IMG/VR virus record: IMGVR_UViG_3300036820_000002
Span: 1 to 64,000 of that record
DNA length: 64,000 nucleotides
DNA from: a virus
Reading direction: 5' to 3' (one strand)
Shown one piece after another: positions 1-10,000 of this stretch. Every line of letters begins with the position of its first letter. The stretch's first letter is position 1. Made by a program: the position numbers and the translations under genes. A model generated the notes under the pieces. The model was not told where the DNA came from. It searched no databases and was given only the letters and a program-made list of their open reading frames with translations.

Positions 1-306
1 AAAAACAGCAACGACCGGGGCAATGTCCTGATCGAGCCTTCGCCGCAGAGCAGCATCGGGTACCTGGTCAGCAAGAAGGTGACCGGGGTCGCGCTGACGA
101 CGGCAGCCCTGTCCCTCTATTTCCGGGAGGACAGCCAGGAGACCGGCTACCGGATCATCGCGGCCCCGTCAGGGCTGTGCCTGTCCGCGCTGTCCCTGAC
201 CAGGAAGTCCCAGGGGGTCTTCTGGGAGCCGTGCGGAGCCGTGTACAAGGGCAGCGACGGCGGGAAGGTACCCTGGCACCAGATCTGGACCATCCCGCAA
301 GGATGA
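1..306 (+). CDS. 3' part of ricin-B/beta-trefoil lectin-like protein (truncated by window)
   Basis: Frame open from base 1; GLCLSA...VFWEPC...HQIW resembles the CL...C...QxW pattern of four other ORFs in the window. Confidence 0.5.
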   Translation, partial: KNSNDRGNVLIEPSPQSSIGYLVSKKVTGVALTTAALSLYFREDSQETGYRIIAAPSGLCLSALSLTRKSQGVFWEPCGAVYKGSDGGKVPWHQIWTIPQG

Positions 307-363
307 TCAGGACTGCTGCGGCCAGCCATCGGACACGTCATCAAGCCACCATCGCCGCAGCAG

Positions 364-396
364 GAAGCCCCGCAGGTTCAGTGCCTGCGGGGCTTC
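364..396. terminator. hairpin between convergent genes
   Basis: GAAGCCCCGCAGG/CCTGCGGGGCTTC 13-bp inverted repeat. Confidence 0.55.
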
Positions 397-584
397 TGCG
401 CATCCGCCCAGCCCAGCCGCATCACTGCGTGCGCGGCCTCCCGGTAGGCCTCCCGGTCATCCTCCTCCAGGTCCTCCCAGAACGGCAGCGGGCGCTCCCC
501 GTCATACCATCCTTTCGCGGAAGCATACGCCTCATAGGCCAGCTGGCCGGTCTCCTTGCACCCGTGCCTCATGCGGCCCGGCAC
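378..584 (-). CDS. hypothetical protein
   Basis: ORF coupled to upstream gene; LPFWEDLEEDDREAYREAA. Confidence 0.55.
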   Translation of the reverse strand: MPGRMRHGCKETGQLAYEAYASAKGWYDGERPLPFWEDLEEDDREAYREAAHAVMRLGWADAQKPRRH

Positions 585-1051
585 AGGCCGCAGCGGCCGT
601 CGCGGAGCAGGTCGCGGTGCGGGTAGGAGTCACCGCAGTCCCTGCATGTCTCCAGCTTGCGAGAGGTGCAGTCCCGGCACTGGTGCCGCAGCCCGTCAGC
701 GGAATCACGGCGCAGCGGGAAGTTCACCGGGGTCGCCGCCTTCACCTTCCCGCAGCCGGTGCAGGTCACTGACCGGCCCGAGCACTCGATGCAGACCGGG
801 CGGCCGTCCTCGAACATGGTGAGGTCGCGGACCTCGCGGCAGCTCACGCAGCGGGTCACCTGGCGGGCGGTGTCGGTCTCTCCCGGACGCAAGCGGGCAT
901 AGGGGTCATGCAGTACCGCGACAGGCTGCGGGGCCTGCTGCGCCGCGTAAGCGCGGACCAGCCGCATCACCTGCGCCCTGGCCGCCGGGGATCTCACCCC
1001 AGCAGTGAACAGGGCGTCCTCGATCTGGGAGGGGAAGATCCGGCTAGCCAC
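569..1051 (-). CDS. Zn-finger (multiple CxxC) protein
   Basis: Six CxxC pairs; CTGCGKVK...F...DGLRHQCRDC. Confidence 0.65.
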   Translation of the reverse strand: MASRIFPSQIEDALFTAGVRSPAARAQVMRLVRAYAAQQAPQPVAVLHDPYARLRPGETDTARQVTRCVSCREVRDLTMFEDGRPVCIECSGRSVTCTGCGKVKAATPVNFPLRRDSADGLRHQCRDCTSRKLETCRDCGDSYPHRDLLRDGRCGLCRAA

Positions 1052-1108
1052 TGACCCCGCGTTCCTTCTCTGCCCTCTGCCTGATGACCAGGCAGGCCAG
1101 TCCGTTAG

Positions 1109-2203
1109 TCATCCGCCTGTTCTCCCGTCAATCCGGCGGGGCTTAACCAGCCACACGCCGCCCGGGATCGCGCCCCTGATGTAGACGGGGTCATGCGGGC
1201 CGGTCACCGACACCTGCACCTGCGGCCCCGACAGCGCCGCCAGCAGCAGGTCAGCCCCCAGCAGCAGGGTCACGGGCGGGCCGGGGCACGGGGTCTCCAG
1301 CGTCTCGCTGGCCTGCCCGCGTTCCCCCGCCGCGCTGACCGTGACACGGTCCCCTCCCAGCACCACCCGGACCGTCTTCCCGTCTGGTTCGGTGAGGACC
1401 GCCATCTTCACGGCCCGCGCCAGTTCCGCTGACGGCAGCTCCATCCAGGCCCGGTCCTGGCCGGGCAGCAGCGTGCGCCAGGGCACGTAAGCACCGGGAA
1501 TGACCCGGGAGGTGATGACCTGGCTGCTGCCGCTGATCGCGATCATCCGGTGGTCCCAGGCCAGGGCCACCCTGGTGTCCAGGACGCGGGCCAGCCGGGC
1601 CAGCACCCGCGCCGGGACCAGCACCTCCGGCACCCCTTTCACGTCCGCGTACAGGGAGACGGAGGCGGCCTGCACCGGGACGGCGGCCAGCCGCGCGTCG
1701 TCGGTGGCCGCCAGCCACAGCGTGCCGTCCCTCAGGGACACCGCCAGCGAGCTCAGCACCGGATGGGTCCGCGATGCCGCAGGGGCCACCGCGAGCAGCG
1801 CAGCGGCCAGCTCGGCCCCGTCAGCGGTACAGGCAGGCGGCGGCGGGTCCGGCCACGCCGGGTAGGTGACGCTATCCTGCGCGGCCAGCGTGAACCGGGA
1901 CGCCTTTCCCGTGATGATCACCCGGGTTCCTTCAGAGGTCACGGTGATGTCCCCCGCCGGGAGGCAGCGGGCGATCTCGGCCAGCATCTTCCCCGGGACC
2001 ATGACGCTGCCCGGTTCCCGGGTCACCGCCAGCACGCGGGCGGTCATCACCACGTCCCCGTCACCGGAGGTGAGGGTGAGCTCATCCTCTGCCGCAGTGA
2101 CCAGGATCCCGGCATGGGAAAGCTGCACGGGATTCACGGGGATTCCCTGTGCAGCCTTCCCGGCGGCAGCCGCCAGCATGGCGCTGCCCGTGATGACGAT
2201 CAA
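1109..2203 (-). CDS. dnaN: DNA polymerase III beta sliding clamp
   Basis: About 365 aa; EPGSVMVPGKMLAEIARCLP, LAATDDARLA, ITSRVIPGAYVPWRTLLP; TTG start overlaps upstream stop. Confidence 0.85.
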   Translation of the reverse strand: MIVITGSAMLAAAAGKAAQGIPVNPVQLSHAGILVTAAEDELTLTSGDGDVVMTARVLAVTREPGSVMVPGKMLAEIARCLPAGDITVTSEGTRVIITGKASRFTLAAQDSVTYPAWPDPPPPACTADGAELAAALLAVAPAASRTHPVLSSLAVSLRDGTLWLAATDDARLAAVPVQAASVSLYADVKGVPEVLVPARVLARLARVLDTRVALAWDHRMIAISGSSQVITSRVIPGAYVPWRTLLPGQDRAWMELPSAELARAVKMAVLTEPDGKTVRVVLGGDRVTVSAAGERGQASETLETPCPGPPVTLLLGADLLLAALSGPQVQVSVTGPHDPVYIRGAIPGGVWLVKPRRIDGRTGG

Positions 2204-2715
2204 TCCGCGCGCTCCCAGCGGGCGAACGCATTCTCGCTGAGCACCATCCGGTGGCCCCTGTCCGTCACCCCGGCCCGCCAGCCGGGCTGCATGACACCCC
2301 ACCGGCCGTCGGGATAGCGGACCAGGAAGCGGTTCCCGTCCTGGTCGGTGTTGCCGTCGCCGAACAAGGCGGTGATATCCGCCTGGTTGCTGCCGGTGTA
2401 CTGCACCAGCCCAGCGGTCACGCCGGTGTCAGCCTCATGCAATCCGTCATCGCGGAGACGGAACAGGCGGGCACGGGCCCCAGCACCCAGCAGCTCAACC
2501 TCCCCGGTGGCCGTCTCCTTCAGCACCCACCAGCCCGGGTCGGGACTGGTGTACGTGTCACCGCACTTCACCAGGATACTGCGCTCTCCCGAGGAGGCGC
2601 CGGGGGCGATGCCGGTGATGACGCTGTCCCCGGCGAACATCGCAACCTGCTCGTGGTTGCGGCCGTCGAACTGGAGGGCCTCGAAAAGGCCTGGCTTCTG
2701 CCGGTACCTCATCAT
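2200..2715 (-). CDS. hypothetical phage protein
   Basis: MRYRQKPGLFEALQFDGRN N-terminus; translational coupling. Confidence 0.65.
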   Translation of the reverse strand: MMRYRQKPGLFEALQFDGRNHEQVAMFAGDSVITGIAPGASSGERSILVKCGDTYTSPDPGWWVLKETATGEVELLGAGARARLFRLRDDGLHEADTGVTAGLVQYTGSNQADITALFGDGNTDQDGNRFLVRYPDGRWGVMQPGWRAGVTDRGHRMVLSENAFARWERAD

Positions 2716-3071
2716 GTTCCTTTCTCTTCAAGCCGGTGCCCGGCTTCCTTCAGCAGCTGGATGACATCCTCACCGCTGGTCCGCTCCTGGTTGTTGTACT
2801 GGATAGGGCCGTTAGTGAAGCCGCGCTCCCGCACAATGGCATCAGCTGCGTCAGAGACCGCCCGCCAGCAGTGGTACGCCTCATCACTGAGGGACGAGGG
2901 CATCCACGTGAAGGCGGCCCCCCAGATCACGCCCGCCGGGATCTCCGTCATCGCCGTGACGACGGCCCCGGAAAAGCAGCAGCGCCCTTCCGCGTCCTGG
3001 AGCATGTGCTTGCAGTGACCGCGCTCCGCGATGATCGCGGCGGCATCGTAGGCGATCTGCGACGGTCTCAC
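2712..3071 (-). CDS. hypothetical phage protein (DUF6197-like)
   Basis: AAAIIAERGHCK...GRCCFSGAV...IQYNNQERTSGEDVIQLLKEA. Confidence 0.6.
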   Translation of the reverse strand: MRPSQIAYDAAAIIAERGHCKHMLQDAEGRCCFSGAVVTAMTEIPAGVIWGAAFTWMPSSLSDEAYHCWRAVSDAADAIVRERGFTNGPIQYNNQERTSGEDVIQLLKEAGHRLEEKGT

Positions 3072-3754
3072 TGTGCCTCCTGGTACTTTCCGTAGCCGGT
3101 CATCCCGGGCCAGGGCTGCGGTCCGGGGATGACACCCTTCTCCCGCAGCGCCCTCTCCGTGTCGTAGAAGAGGGTCAGCAGGTCCGGCGCCCCACCGCGA
3201 TCGAACTGCACCCGGGTAACGGGACTGAGCCGGGTGGCCCCGATGCCGGTACCCGCACGGGTGTTCATGATCATGCCCCGGGCATACAGCACATCGTCGC
3301 CGCCCGCGCTAGCTACCGCCACGGCCGGGGATCTCCACTCATAGGTGCGCTCGTGCCAGGCGGCCAGCCCGATCACCCCCGTGTTCTGCGGGGTTCCGGC
3401 CTGGGCTGCGACCGCCTGGGCCGGGTCGGTGAAAACGAACTGGCGGACGTGGCCGTCATCGGTGCGCCACCCCTCGATGTCGCGGTAATCGCGGGCCGGG
3501 ATCAGCAGCCCGGCGTTGCCGTAGGGGTCACCGGGTTCATCCTCCTGCACGTTCCGGCCGTCCACAGACACCACCGCCTCGATCCGGGCGGAGGTCAGGT
3601 TGGTGACCCGCAGTACCCAGGGCATGCCCAGGACCGCCACGGCGTAGGGGATGCCGTCCTGGATGTAGACCGGCTGCAGGGTGCCCTTGATCAGGATGGC
3701 GGCTGAGGCCGTCCCTGCGGGGGTCCCGGCAGCCAGCTTGGTGTAGATCGGCAT
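3068..3754 (-). CDS. hypothetical protein
   Basis: RIEAVVSVDGRNV...IEGWR...NTGVIGLAAWHE; coupled ORF. Confidence 0.7.
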   Translation of the reverse strand: MPIYTKLAAGTPAGTASAAILIKGTLQPVYIQDGIPYAVAVLGMPWVLRVTNLTSARIEAVVSVDGRNVQEDEPGDPYGNAGLLIPARDYRDIEGWRTDDGHVRQFVFTDPAQAVAAQAGTPQNTGVIGLAAWHERTYEWRSPAVAVASAGGDDVLYARGMIMNTRAGTGIGATRLSPVTRVQFDRGGAPDLLTLFYDTERALREKGVIPGPQPWPGMTGYGKYQEAQ

Positions 3755-3815
3755 TACTGTCCTTTCTTATCGGTCACGGTTGATCTCCCGGGTCATCTGC
3801 CACCCCCTGGTGATC

Positions 3816-4250
3816 CTAGAAAGGGGGCTCATCCGAGCCAGTATCCCCGGCCCACGGGTCTTTTGCACGGGCCGGCTGGTTCCGGGGCTGGTTCCTGGTG
3901 AGGGCGGCGCTGCTCCACAGCAGGCTGGGGCCGATGTCATCGGCTTGCACCTCATAGACGGTCCGCTTCTCCCCGTCCTTAGTCTCATAGGAGCGCTGCT
4001 GCAGCCGCCCGTGGACGATGACGCGGGTTCCCCGGACCAGGGATTCCGCGACATTCTCCGCCAGGCCGCGCCAGGCGCTGACCGCCAGGAAGAGGGTCTC
4101 CCCGTCGGCGAAGCTGCCGGTGTCCTTGTTCCACACCTTCGGGGTGCTGGCCACTCGGAAGTTCACGACCCCCGCCCCGGAGGCGGTGAACTTCAGCTCC
4201 GGGTCCTCAGTGAGGTTGCCGGTGATGGTGATCTGGGTCTCGCCTGCCAT
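3816..4250 (-). CDS. ssb: single-stranded DNA-binding protein
   Basis: [22 protein letters not shown]...[25 protein letters not shown]...DEPPF (actinobacterial SSB). Confidence 0.97.
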   Translation of the reverse strand: MAGETQITITGNLTEDPELKFTASGAGVVNFRVASTPKVWNKDTGSFADGETLFLAVSAWRGLAENVAESLVRGTRVIVHGRLQQRSYETKDGEKRTVYEVQADDIGPSLLWSSAALTRNQPRNQPARAKDPWAGDTGSDEPPF

Positions 4251-4326
4251 GAATATCTCCTCGGGGGTTAGCTCTGCGGCACGTGCCCAGCCAGCTTACA
4301 CCAGTGTGTTTCCGCAGGCAAGAGGC

Positions 4327-4686
4327 CTAATCAGGCCACTGCGCCTCGTAGGCATCCAGCTCCGGCAGGTACCGCCCGAGCCGGTAGAGGACCGTGCGGT
4401 TTTCTCCCCGGATCGTCACAGTCCACCCGCTAAATTCTGTACTCTCCTCACGCCCCGGGCCGGAACGCACGGTCAGCAGCGGGTTGCTGTAGAGGGGGGC
4501 GCCGCCGCTCTCCCACCATAGCGAGAACAGCACCCTGCTGATCAGGATGCAGGGATCAGCCTGGTCGACATGGACCCGGATCCAGGTGCCGAACCGGTCA
4601 TGCAGGGAAGTGATCCGGCACTCGCCGTACCCTCTGGCACGGACGGTGAACATATCGGAGCGCGCGCACCACGACGGCATGCTCAT
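4327..4686 (-). CDS. hypothetical protein
   Basis: Coupled ORF in operon. Confidence 0.5.
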   Translation of the reverse strand: MSMPSWCARSDMFTVRARGYGECRITSLHDRFGTWIRVHVDQADPCILISRVLFSLWWESGGAPLYSNPLLTVRSGPGREESTEFSGWTVTIRGENRTVLYRLGRYLPELDAYEAQWPD

Positions 4687-5015
4687 CAGCAGGACCCGTC
4701 CCGGGTGGCGGGCCGGTTCCCGGACCAGATGACCCGGCCCCCGAAGCCGCCACGCTGCTCAGCTTTGACTGCCCGCATCTCCTCCAGCTGCTGCGGGCTG
4801 ATGCCGGCGAGGGCAGCCAGCGCGTAGACGACGTCGAGGATATCAGTGAGCTCTGCCAGGTCAGCGCCGGAGCGGAACTCGGCGACTTCCTCGGCGAGCT
4901 TGTCCCGCAACCGGACCGCGTACTCGGCGGGGCCGGCGGTATAGGTGACCGGTTCCAGGCCCTGGTCGCGGATGATCTGCGGGATCTTATCACGAACCAG
5001 CTTGCTCACCGTCAC
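4686..5015 (-). CDS. MazG-like nucleoside triphosphate pyrophosphohydrolase
   Basis: KLVRDKIPQII...KLAEEVAEF...ELTDILDV...KAEQRGGF. Confidence 0.88.
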   Translation of the reverse strand: MTVSKLVRDKIPQIIRDQGLEPVTYTAGPAEYAVRLRDKLAEEVAEFRSGADLAELTDILDVVYALAALAGISPQQLEEMRAVKAEQRGGFGGRVIWSGNRPATRDGSC

Positions 5016-5701
5016 CAGAACGCAGCCCGCACCGAGAGCAGCCAGTCCTGCGCAGTGCGGGTATCCGGGTATTCCGGCAGCGGGGTGGCAGATGCGCCGA
5101 ACAGGCGCCCGGCATCAGCAATCTCGGTGCGGGCTGTGTCCAGGTCACCGGCCGCGACCCGGTCCCCGAACTCCCGGCAGCGCTCCGGGTCCTGCAGCGC
5201 GACGGTGAGCATCCCGGTCCGATAAAGTTCTGTCCCCTGGATCAGCAGCCTCAGCAGGTGCCGGGCATGCTTGGCGGTCCGCTGCCTGGTACCGGAAATG
5301 TCGACATTCATTAGACCGCAGCGACGCTGCAGCCGCTCGAACTGCTGGGTGGCATACCCGAGGTAGGCGCTTTTCACCAGCGGGGCGGACAGGAAGCACT
5401 GCCGGATGGCGATCAGGTCGCTGCCCAGGGCGGTGCGCACCTCATGGAGGTCATCGGGCAGCCAGAGCAATTCGGTGACCGTCGGGTTGCAGGCCAGCAG
5501 CAGCAGCGCCAGCTTGCCCGCCTCGTGGTAGGTGACATCGGGCTTGGTGCTGATGTGAGAGCGCTCGTAGGCGGTCAGCCCCAGCAGCACCGTCGTGGGC
5601 TGCGCGAAGGTGCCCAGCCGATCAGTGTCGGAGTCCTGCGTGGCCAGCCCGTAGGCCCTGCTGCCGGTGATGCCGGAGAGCAGGATGTTAGGGATCTCCA
5701 T
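5012..5701 (-). CDS. Pol-beta superfamily nucleotidyltransferase (RlaP/YcgL-like)
   Basis: GSRAYGLATQDSDTDRLG; NPTVTELLW; KHARHLLRLL. Confidence 0.88.
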   Translation of the reverse strand: MEIPNILLSGITGSRAYGLATQDSDTDRLGTFAQPTTVLLGLTAYERSHISTKPDVTYHEAGKLALLLLACNPTVTELLWLPDDLHEVRTALGSDLIAIRQCFLSAPLVKSAYLGYATQQFERLQRRCGLMNVDISGTRQRTAKHARHLLRLLIQGTELYRTGMLTVALQDPERCREFGDRVAAGDLDTARTEIADAGRLFGASATPLPEYPDTRTAQDWLLSVRAAFW

Positions 5702-6108
5702 TACCGCCTCTCATCAATCTCGGAGTAGAGGTGGCCCTGCACGGACAGCGCGATCATCTCCGCGAGGCCGGAGACCAGCGGGACGTCCGCGATGTCGCGG
5801 ATCCAGCGCAGCCCTGACATCCTGCTCTTCTCCCGGTTCTCCGGCACCCCGGCTGCCGTCCCGGTGTTGACCAGGATGTTCAGGGAGCCGTGGTCCGGCC
5901 GCCAGCAGACGTGGCGGACGTCAGCGAAGGTGAGCTCCGGCACGGTCAGCCCGGTCTGGCCCGCCAGTACCCGGGCGACTGCCTCCAGGACGGGCTCCCC
6001 TACCTCCACATGGTCCCAGGGGGCGGTCCAGTCCTGGTCCGAACGGCGCTGCAGGACCAGCAGGCGGCCGGTCTGGTTCCAGGTCATGACGTAGACCGTG
6101 AGGTTCAT
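5701..6108 (-). CDS. Nudix hydrolase-like protein
   Basis: Degenerate Nudix box PWDHVEVGEPVLEAVARVLAGQTGL. Confidence 0.65.
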   Translation of the reverse strand: MNLTVYVMTWNQTGRLLVLQRRSDQDWTAPWDHVEVGEPVLEAVARVLAGQTGLTVPELTFADVRHVCWRPDHGSLNILVNTGTAAGVPENREKSRMSGLRWIRDIADVPLVSGLAEMIALSVQGHLYSEIDERR

Positions 6109-6362
6109 TCCCGTGATGCTATCTCGTCCGCGAGCGCGGTCACCGCCTTTTCCCGCGACGGCTGCGGCGGTATCGCCGGCAGCGGCTCCGGCGGGCGGTA
6201 CGGCTTCTTCTCCTTGTAGGCACGCAGTTCTGCGGGTGACATCCGGCGGATGCTCACCGGCCCGTTGCGGGCTTTCCAGGCGGCGTTCTCCCGGGCCCTC
6301 TCGATCATCATCCGGTGCAGCTTGCCCGGAGAGTAGGCCATGACGGTGCCCTGCTTGGGCAT
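6105..6362 (-). CDS. hypothetical protein
   Basis: First ORF of leftward operon, coupled to Nudix gene. Confidence 0.5.
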   Translation of the reverse strand: MPKQGTVMAYSPGKLHRMMIERARENAAWKARNGPVSIRRMSPAELRAYKEKKPYRPPEPLPAIPPQPSREKAVTALADEIASRE

Positions 6363-7538
6363 AGTTTCTTCTTTCTTTTTTAGGTGGTAGCACGTGCTGT
6401 GCTTGCTGTTCTCATCGTAAGGAACGGGAACGGCTCAGGTAAAGGGCTCTTATTCCCCCCTTTACCTACCGGTAAAGTAGGAAATGCGGAACTCCTTTGA
6501 CGAGCTGTCCCCTCAGCCCCAGGGTGTTCTTGGCAGGTGATCAGTGGCTGATGTAAAAAGCATCGCCGAAGAGGGCGGGGGGCAGCCTCTGCAAATTCTG
6601 GACGGGTGGTCGCATCCCCCCTTTAGATACCCCGCGTCACTGCTGGTGACTAGCTGTAGTTTCCAGCCAGTAAGGGGGTGAGGGGTGAACGCAGTGAATC
6701 CCCGAACGCCTCGCACTAACCAGGAGACCCGCTCAGAGTAGGGTCGCGGGCGGAGATTTATCCGGCAGGCGACTGATGCGTGGTCTGAGCTGCAGAAGGA
6801 TGCTTAGCCAGAAGGGCGGGTCTGGCTTGTCCTGCTGAGGACAATAGATCCCCCCAAACCGCTAGCGGGGGTTGGTAGCGGGCTCCTCCCTGGCCCCGGA
6901 GGTTTAACTCCGGGCCAAGGCGCCTGTGTCTACCCCTAGACACCCGGCCTTGGCGGGTTGTTCAAACGCGTTTTGAGCTTAGCATGGCCAACCAAATAGT
7001 TACAAGACCCCAGCTGGGGTTTTCTCAGATTTATTTATCCTTGCTAAGAAACGATCTGGTAACGATTGCTTTTTACCCTGACCTGGTTGACCTCTGGGGG
7101 CTGTTACCGGTAGGATTTCTCCTCATAGGGCGACCATCAGGCATAAACACCTGACCAGGCGACCCATCGCAAGACAGCTCGACCTGCCGGGAAAGCTCAG
7201 CGGACGCACGCGGGAGTGCGGGGCACGGCTCACCAGCAGCTAGTCCGGATTTAGTTCGCAGTAAAACAGGGCCACCGGCATGCCTGGACGCAGGTACTGC
7301 AGGGAGTCCACCTTTAGTGTCATCGTTCAGCCGCTCCCGGCCAGGAGCGAGGGTCTGATGACGCTTCTCAAAGCCCCCAGGCCTGGGGGTTACGCAGATA
7401 CAGCCAGGGGTCTGCCTTCTGCAGGGGCGGACCTTACTGGCGTTGCCTGCTACCTTCCTTCTCATGAAAGAGAACAGCCAGGATATAACCCCCCGCTGCG
7501 CCTTCCCGCCGTGGACCCCCGTTCCGGGTGCTGTCCCG

Positions 7539-7940
7539 GTGGAGTACTGGCATGCCTCACGTACCCCTCTAGCAGGGACGTACGTAGTACGGTCATGCCC
7601 GCATGACAACCTCATCGTCTATACCTACATCACTGATATTCATGACGCCTTCTCAGTATGGGCGTATGCTGCTGCCGGACCGCAGGATGTGCGGCTGATC
7701 TCGGTGATGCAGCACATCTTCCCCGGGGGCCCCTTCCGGAAGCTCACCGAAGTGCACCGCTACATCGAGGAGACCTGGCGTGACAGGGAGATCATCATCG
7801 CACTGGCGCAGGGGAGCATGCTCTTCTCCTGGACCCGCGAGGTCCTGGACCGCCGGGGCATCATCGTGACCGCCCGCGACGCCGTCCGGCTGCTGCTCCC
7901 CGCCGGGGAAGTCCGCAAGGAGGACCCGTGGAGGAGCTGA
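7539..7940 (+). CDS. hypothetical protein (start uncertain)
   Basis: GC3-biased ORF overlapping start of HD gene. Confidence 0.45.
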   Translation: MEYWHASRTPLAGTYVVRSCPHDNLIVYTYITDIHDAFSVWAYAAAGPQDVRLISVMQHIFPGGPFRKLTEVHRYIEETWRDREIIIALAQGSMLFSWTREVLDRRGIIVTARDAVRLLLPAGEVRKEDPWRS

Positions 7941-8533
7941 GCCGGCAGGTTTTCGCACTCGTCCAGCTCGCGCTGGATTTCGGCCTGATAGAACGCGGCG
8001 TCTGCCATCCCGGCGGGAAACCGGAGACCGATACCGACCACAGCATCTCGCTGGCCTGGCTGGCCTGCTCGCTGGCCGCCCGCTTCTACCCGCAGCTGGA
8101 TAACGGGCTGGTCGCGATGTTCGCCGTCGTGCATGACGCGGTGGAGGTTTATGCGGGAGATTCCTACGCGATTACCGCCGGGGAGGACGGGCGTGCCCGC
8201 ACGCGGGAACGGGAAGAGCAGGCACTGCGCTGGCTGCGCGATGACTTCACCGTGCTGCCCTGGCTGCCGGAGATGATCGCCCGCTACGAGCGGCAGGAGG
8301 AACCCGAAGCGCGGCTGGTCCGGACAGTGGACAAGCTGATGCCGAAGATCGTGCTGCGCATCGAGGGGCAGCCGGCTCAGCGGCTGGCCGCCCACGGGGT
8401 GACCCGGGAAGCGCTCATCGCGTTCCGGGCCTATGAGGATGAGCTGCTGGCCGTGATCGCGGCGGATTTCCCGGAGGTCCTGCAGCTGCGGGCTGACCTG
8501 CATACGCAGCTGTCCCCGGAGGATCTCCCGTGA
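7928..8533 (+). CDS. HD-domain phosphohydrolase (5'-deoxynucleotidase-like)
   Basis: ETDTDHSISLA, VVHDAVEVYAGD, EARLVRTVDKLMP. Confidence 0.88.
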   Translation: MEELSRQVFALVQLALDFGLIERGVCHPGGKPETDTDHSISLAWLACSLAARFYPQLDNGLVAMFAVVHDAVEVYAGDSYAITAGEDGRARTREREEQALRWLRDDFTVLPWLPEMIARYERQEEPEARLVRTVDKLMPKIVLRIEGQPAQRLAAHGVTREALIAFRAYEDELLAVIAADFPEVLQLRADLHTQLSPEDLP

Positions 8534-8904
8534 CCGGCCCCCTCCCCCCCGCTTCCCTTGCGGAGATGCTGGCGATGATCCGCGAGGTGGACGCTCACTG
8601 CGACGCCAGCAGGGCACCCGCGTTCAGTCAGCAGCCGCTGGCCGCTGACTGGGCACGTATCACCAAGGTCTGCGAGGAAGCCGGGGAGGTCTGGGAAGCG
8701 CTCAGCAAGGCCACCGGAGAAAACCCCCGCAAGGGAACAGGCAGCTGGGACACGGTGCTGGAGGAGCTGGGCGATGTATTCAGCGCGTCTGTCTGCGCTA
8801 TCCAGCATGTCACTAAGGATGAGAGGCGAACCCTGGGCGTGATGATGGCGGCACTGCGGAAAGCACATCTGCGAATATCGGAAGGACGGCATGACCAGGT
8901 ATGA
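8530..8904 (+). CDS. MazG-like protein
   Basis: KVCEEAGEVWEAL...GENPRKG...VLEELGDV. Confidence 0.85.
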   Translation: MTGPLPPASLAEMLAMIREVDAHCDASRAPAFSQQPLAADWARITKVCEEAGEVWEALSKATGENPRKGTGSWDTVLEELGDVFSASVCAIQHVTKDERRTLGVMMAALRKAHLRISEGRHDQV

Positions 8905-9112
8905 CTCCCGCAAGCACCTCGCGAACAAGATCGACTGGGAAGGAGGCCTGATGGAATCCCTGGACTACGGCATCCGCTCTGAGGACATGCCGGACGGCGA
9001 CACCGAACTCACTGAGGCGTGGCAGCTGCTGGAGACCTCGTACTGGGCTACAGCGCAGCTCGCCCGGCGGGTGCAGGCACTCCTGCCGGAACCGGGTGAC
9101 CCGGATGAATGA
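8891..9112 (+). CDS. hypothetical protein
   Basis: Coupled ORF, KIDWEGG motif. Confidence 0.6.
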   Translation: MTRYDSRKHLANKIDWEGGLMESLDYGIRSEDMPDGDTELTEAWQLLETSYWATAQLARRVQALLPEPGDPDE

Positions 9113-9599
9113 CAAGCCCTACGCCCTGATTGACGTGGACGGGGTGCTGCGCTGCTACCACGAGCACCACGACGGTACCCACCCCGGCTGGGAACGGCAC
9201 CTGCTGGATACTGACCCGGGGGAGTTCGTGGTGCACCTGAACCCGCTGGGCCGGGCACTGCCCGCATGGGCCGCTGCGGCTGGCGCAGAGCTGGCCTGGG
9301 CGACCATGTGGGGGGAGCAGGCCAACTTCTACCTCAGCCCGCTGCTGGGCCTGGGAGAGCTGCCGGTGGTGCCGCCGCCGCAGTGGCTGCGGGCCAAGGC
9401 CTCTGTCGCGGTGCCCTGGACCGGGGGGAGGCCGTTCGTGTGGTTCGATGATGACCCCAGCGAGAAGCAGGTCGCTGACCACCTGGCCGTGCAGCCGCAC
9501 CTGATGGTGCAGGTGGACCGGGAGAAGGGGCTGCAGCAGCGGCACCTGGACCGGGCGCAGGAATGGCTGGCCCGGCTCCGGGAGAGGACGCTGGCGTGA
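9105..9599 (+). CDS. HAD phosphatase (Swiss-army-knife RNA repair-like HAD)
   Basis: LIDVDGVL, ELAWATMW, GRPFVWFDDD, VQVDREKGL. Confidence 0.85.
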   Translation: MNDKPYALIDVDGVLRCYHEHHDGTHPGWERHLLDTDPGEFVVHLNPLGRALPAWAAAAGAELAWATMWGEQANFYLSPLLGLGELPVVPPPQWLRAKASVAVPWTGGRPFVWFDDDPSEKQVADHLAVQPHLMVQVDREKGLQQRHLDRAQEWLARLRERTLA

Positions 9600-9991
9600 T
9601 CAAGATCGGCGCTGTCATCCAGGATGACCGCCGCCGCCTGCTGGTCGTGAGAAAGCAGGTACCGGGCCGGGACACCTGGATCATCCCCGGCGGCCGTCCT
9701 GAGGGCGCTGAGGCGCCGCTGGAGACGCTGGAACGCGAGCTCTTCGAAGAACTGGGCGTCCAGGTTGCCTCCTCTGCTTTTTTCGGGTCTTACGAGGAGC
9801 CCGCCGAGTTCGAGGATGCCGTCCTGAGGATGACTGTCTTCGACGTGAGGGTTACCGGTACGCCTTCCCCTCAGTCGGAGATCACCGGCCTGCTCTGGAT
9901 CGGCCGCGACTACGCCGCCCGGGGGGTGAGCGCCGGGTCAGTGCTGGCCCGTCACGTCATCCCCCGGCTGATTGAACTGGACCGGATGTAA
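9596..9991 (+). CDS. Nudix hydrolase
   Basis: PGGRPEGAEAPLETLERELFEELGV. Confidence 0.9.
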   Translation: MIKIGAVIQDDRRRLLVVRKQVPGRDTWIIPGGRPEGAEAPLETLERELFEELGVQVASSAFFGSYEEPAEFEDAVLRMTVFDVRVTGTPSPQSEITGLLWIGRDYAARGVSAGSVLARHVIPRLIELDRM

Positions 9992-10000
9992 GGTTGAGCG

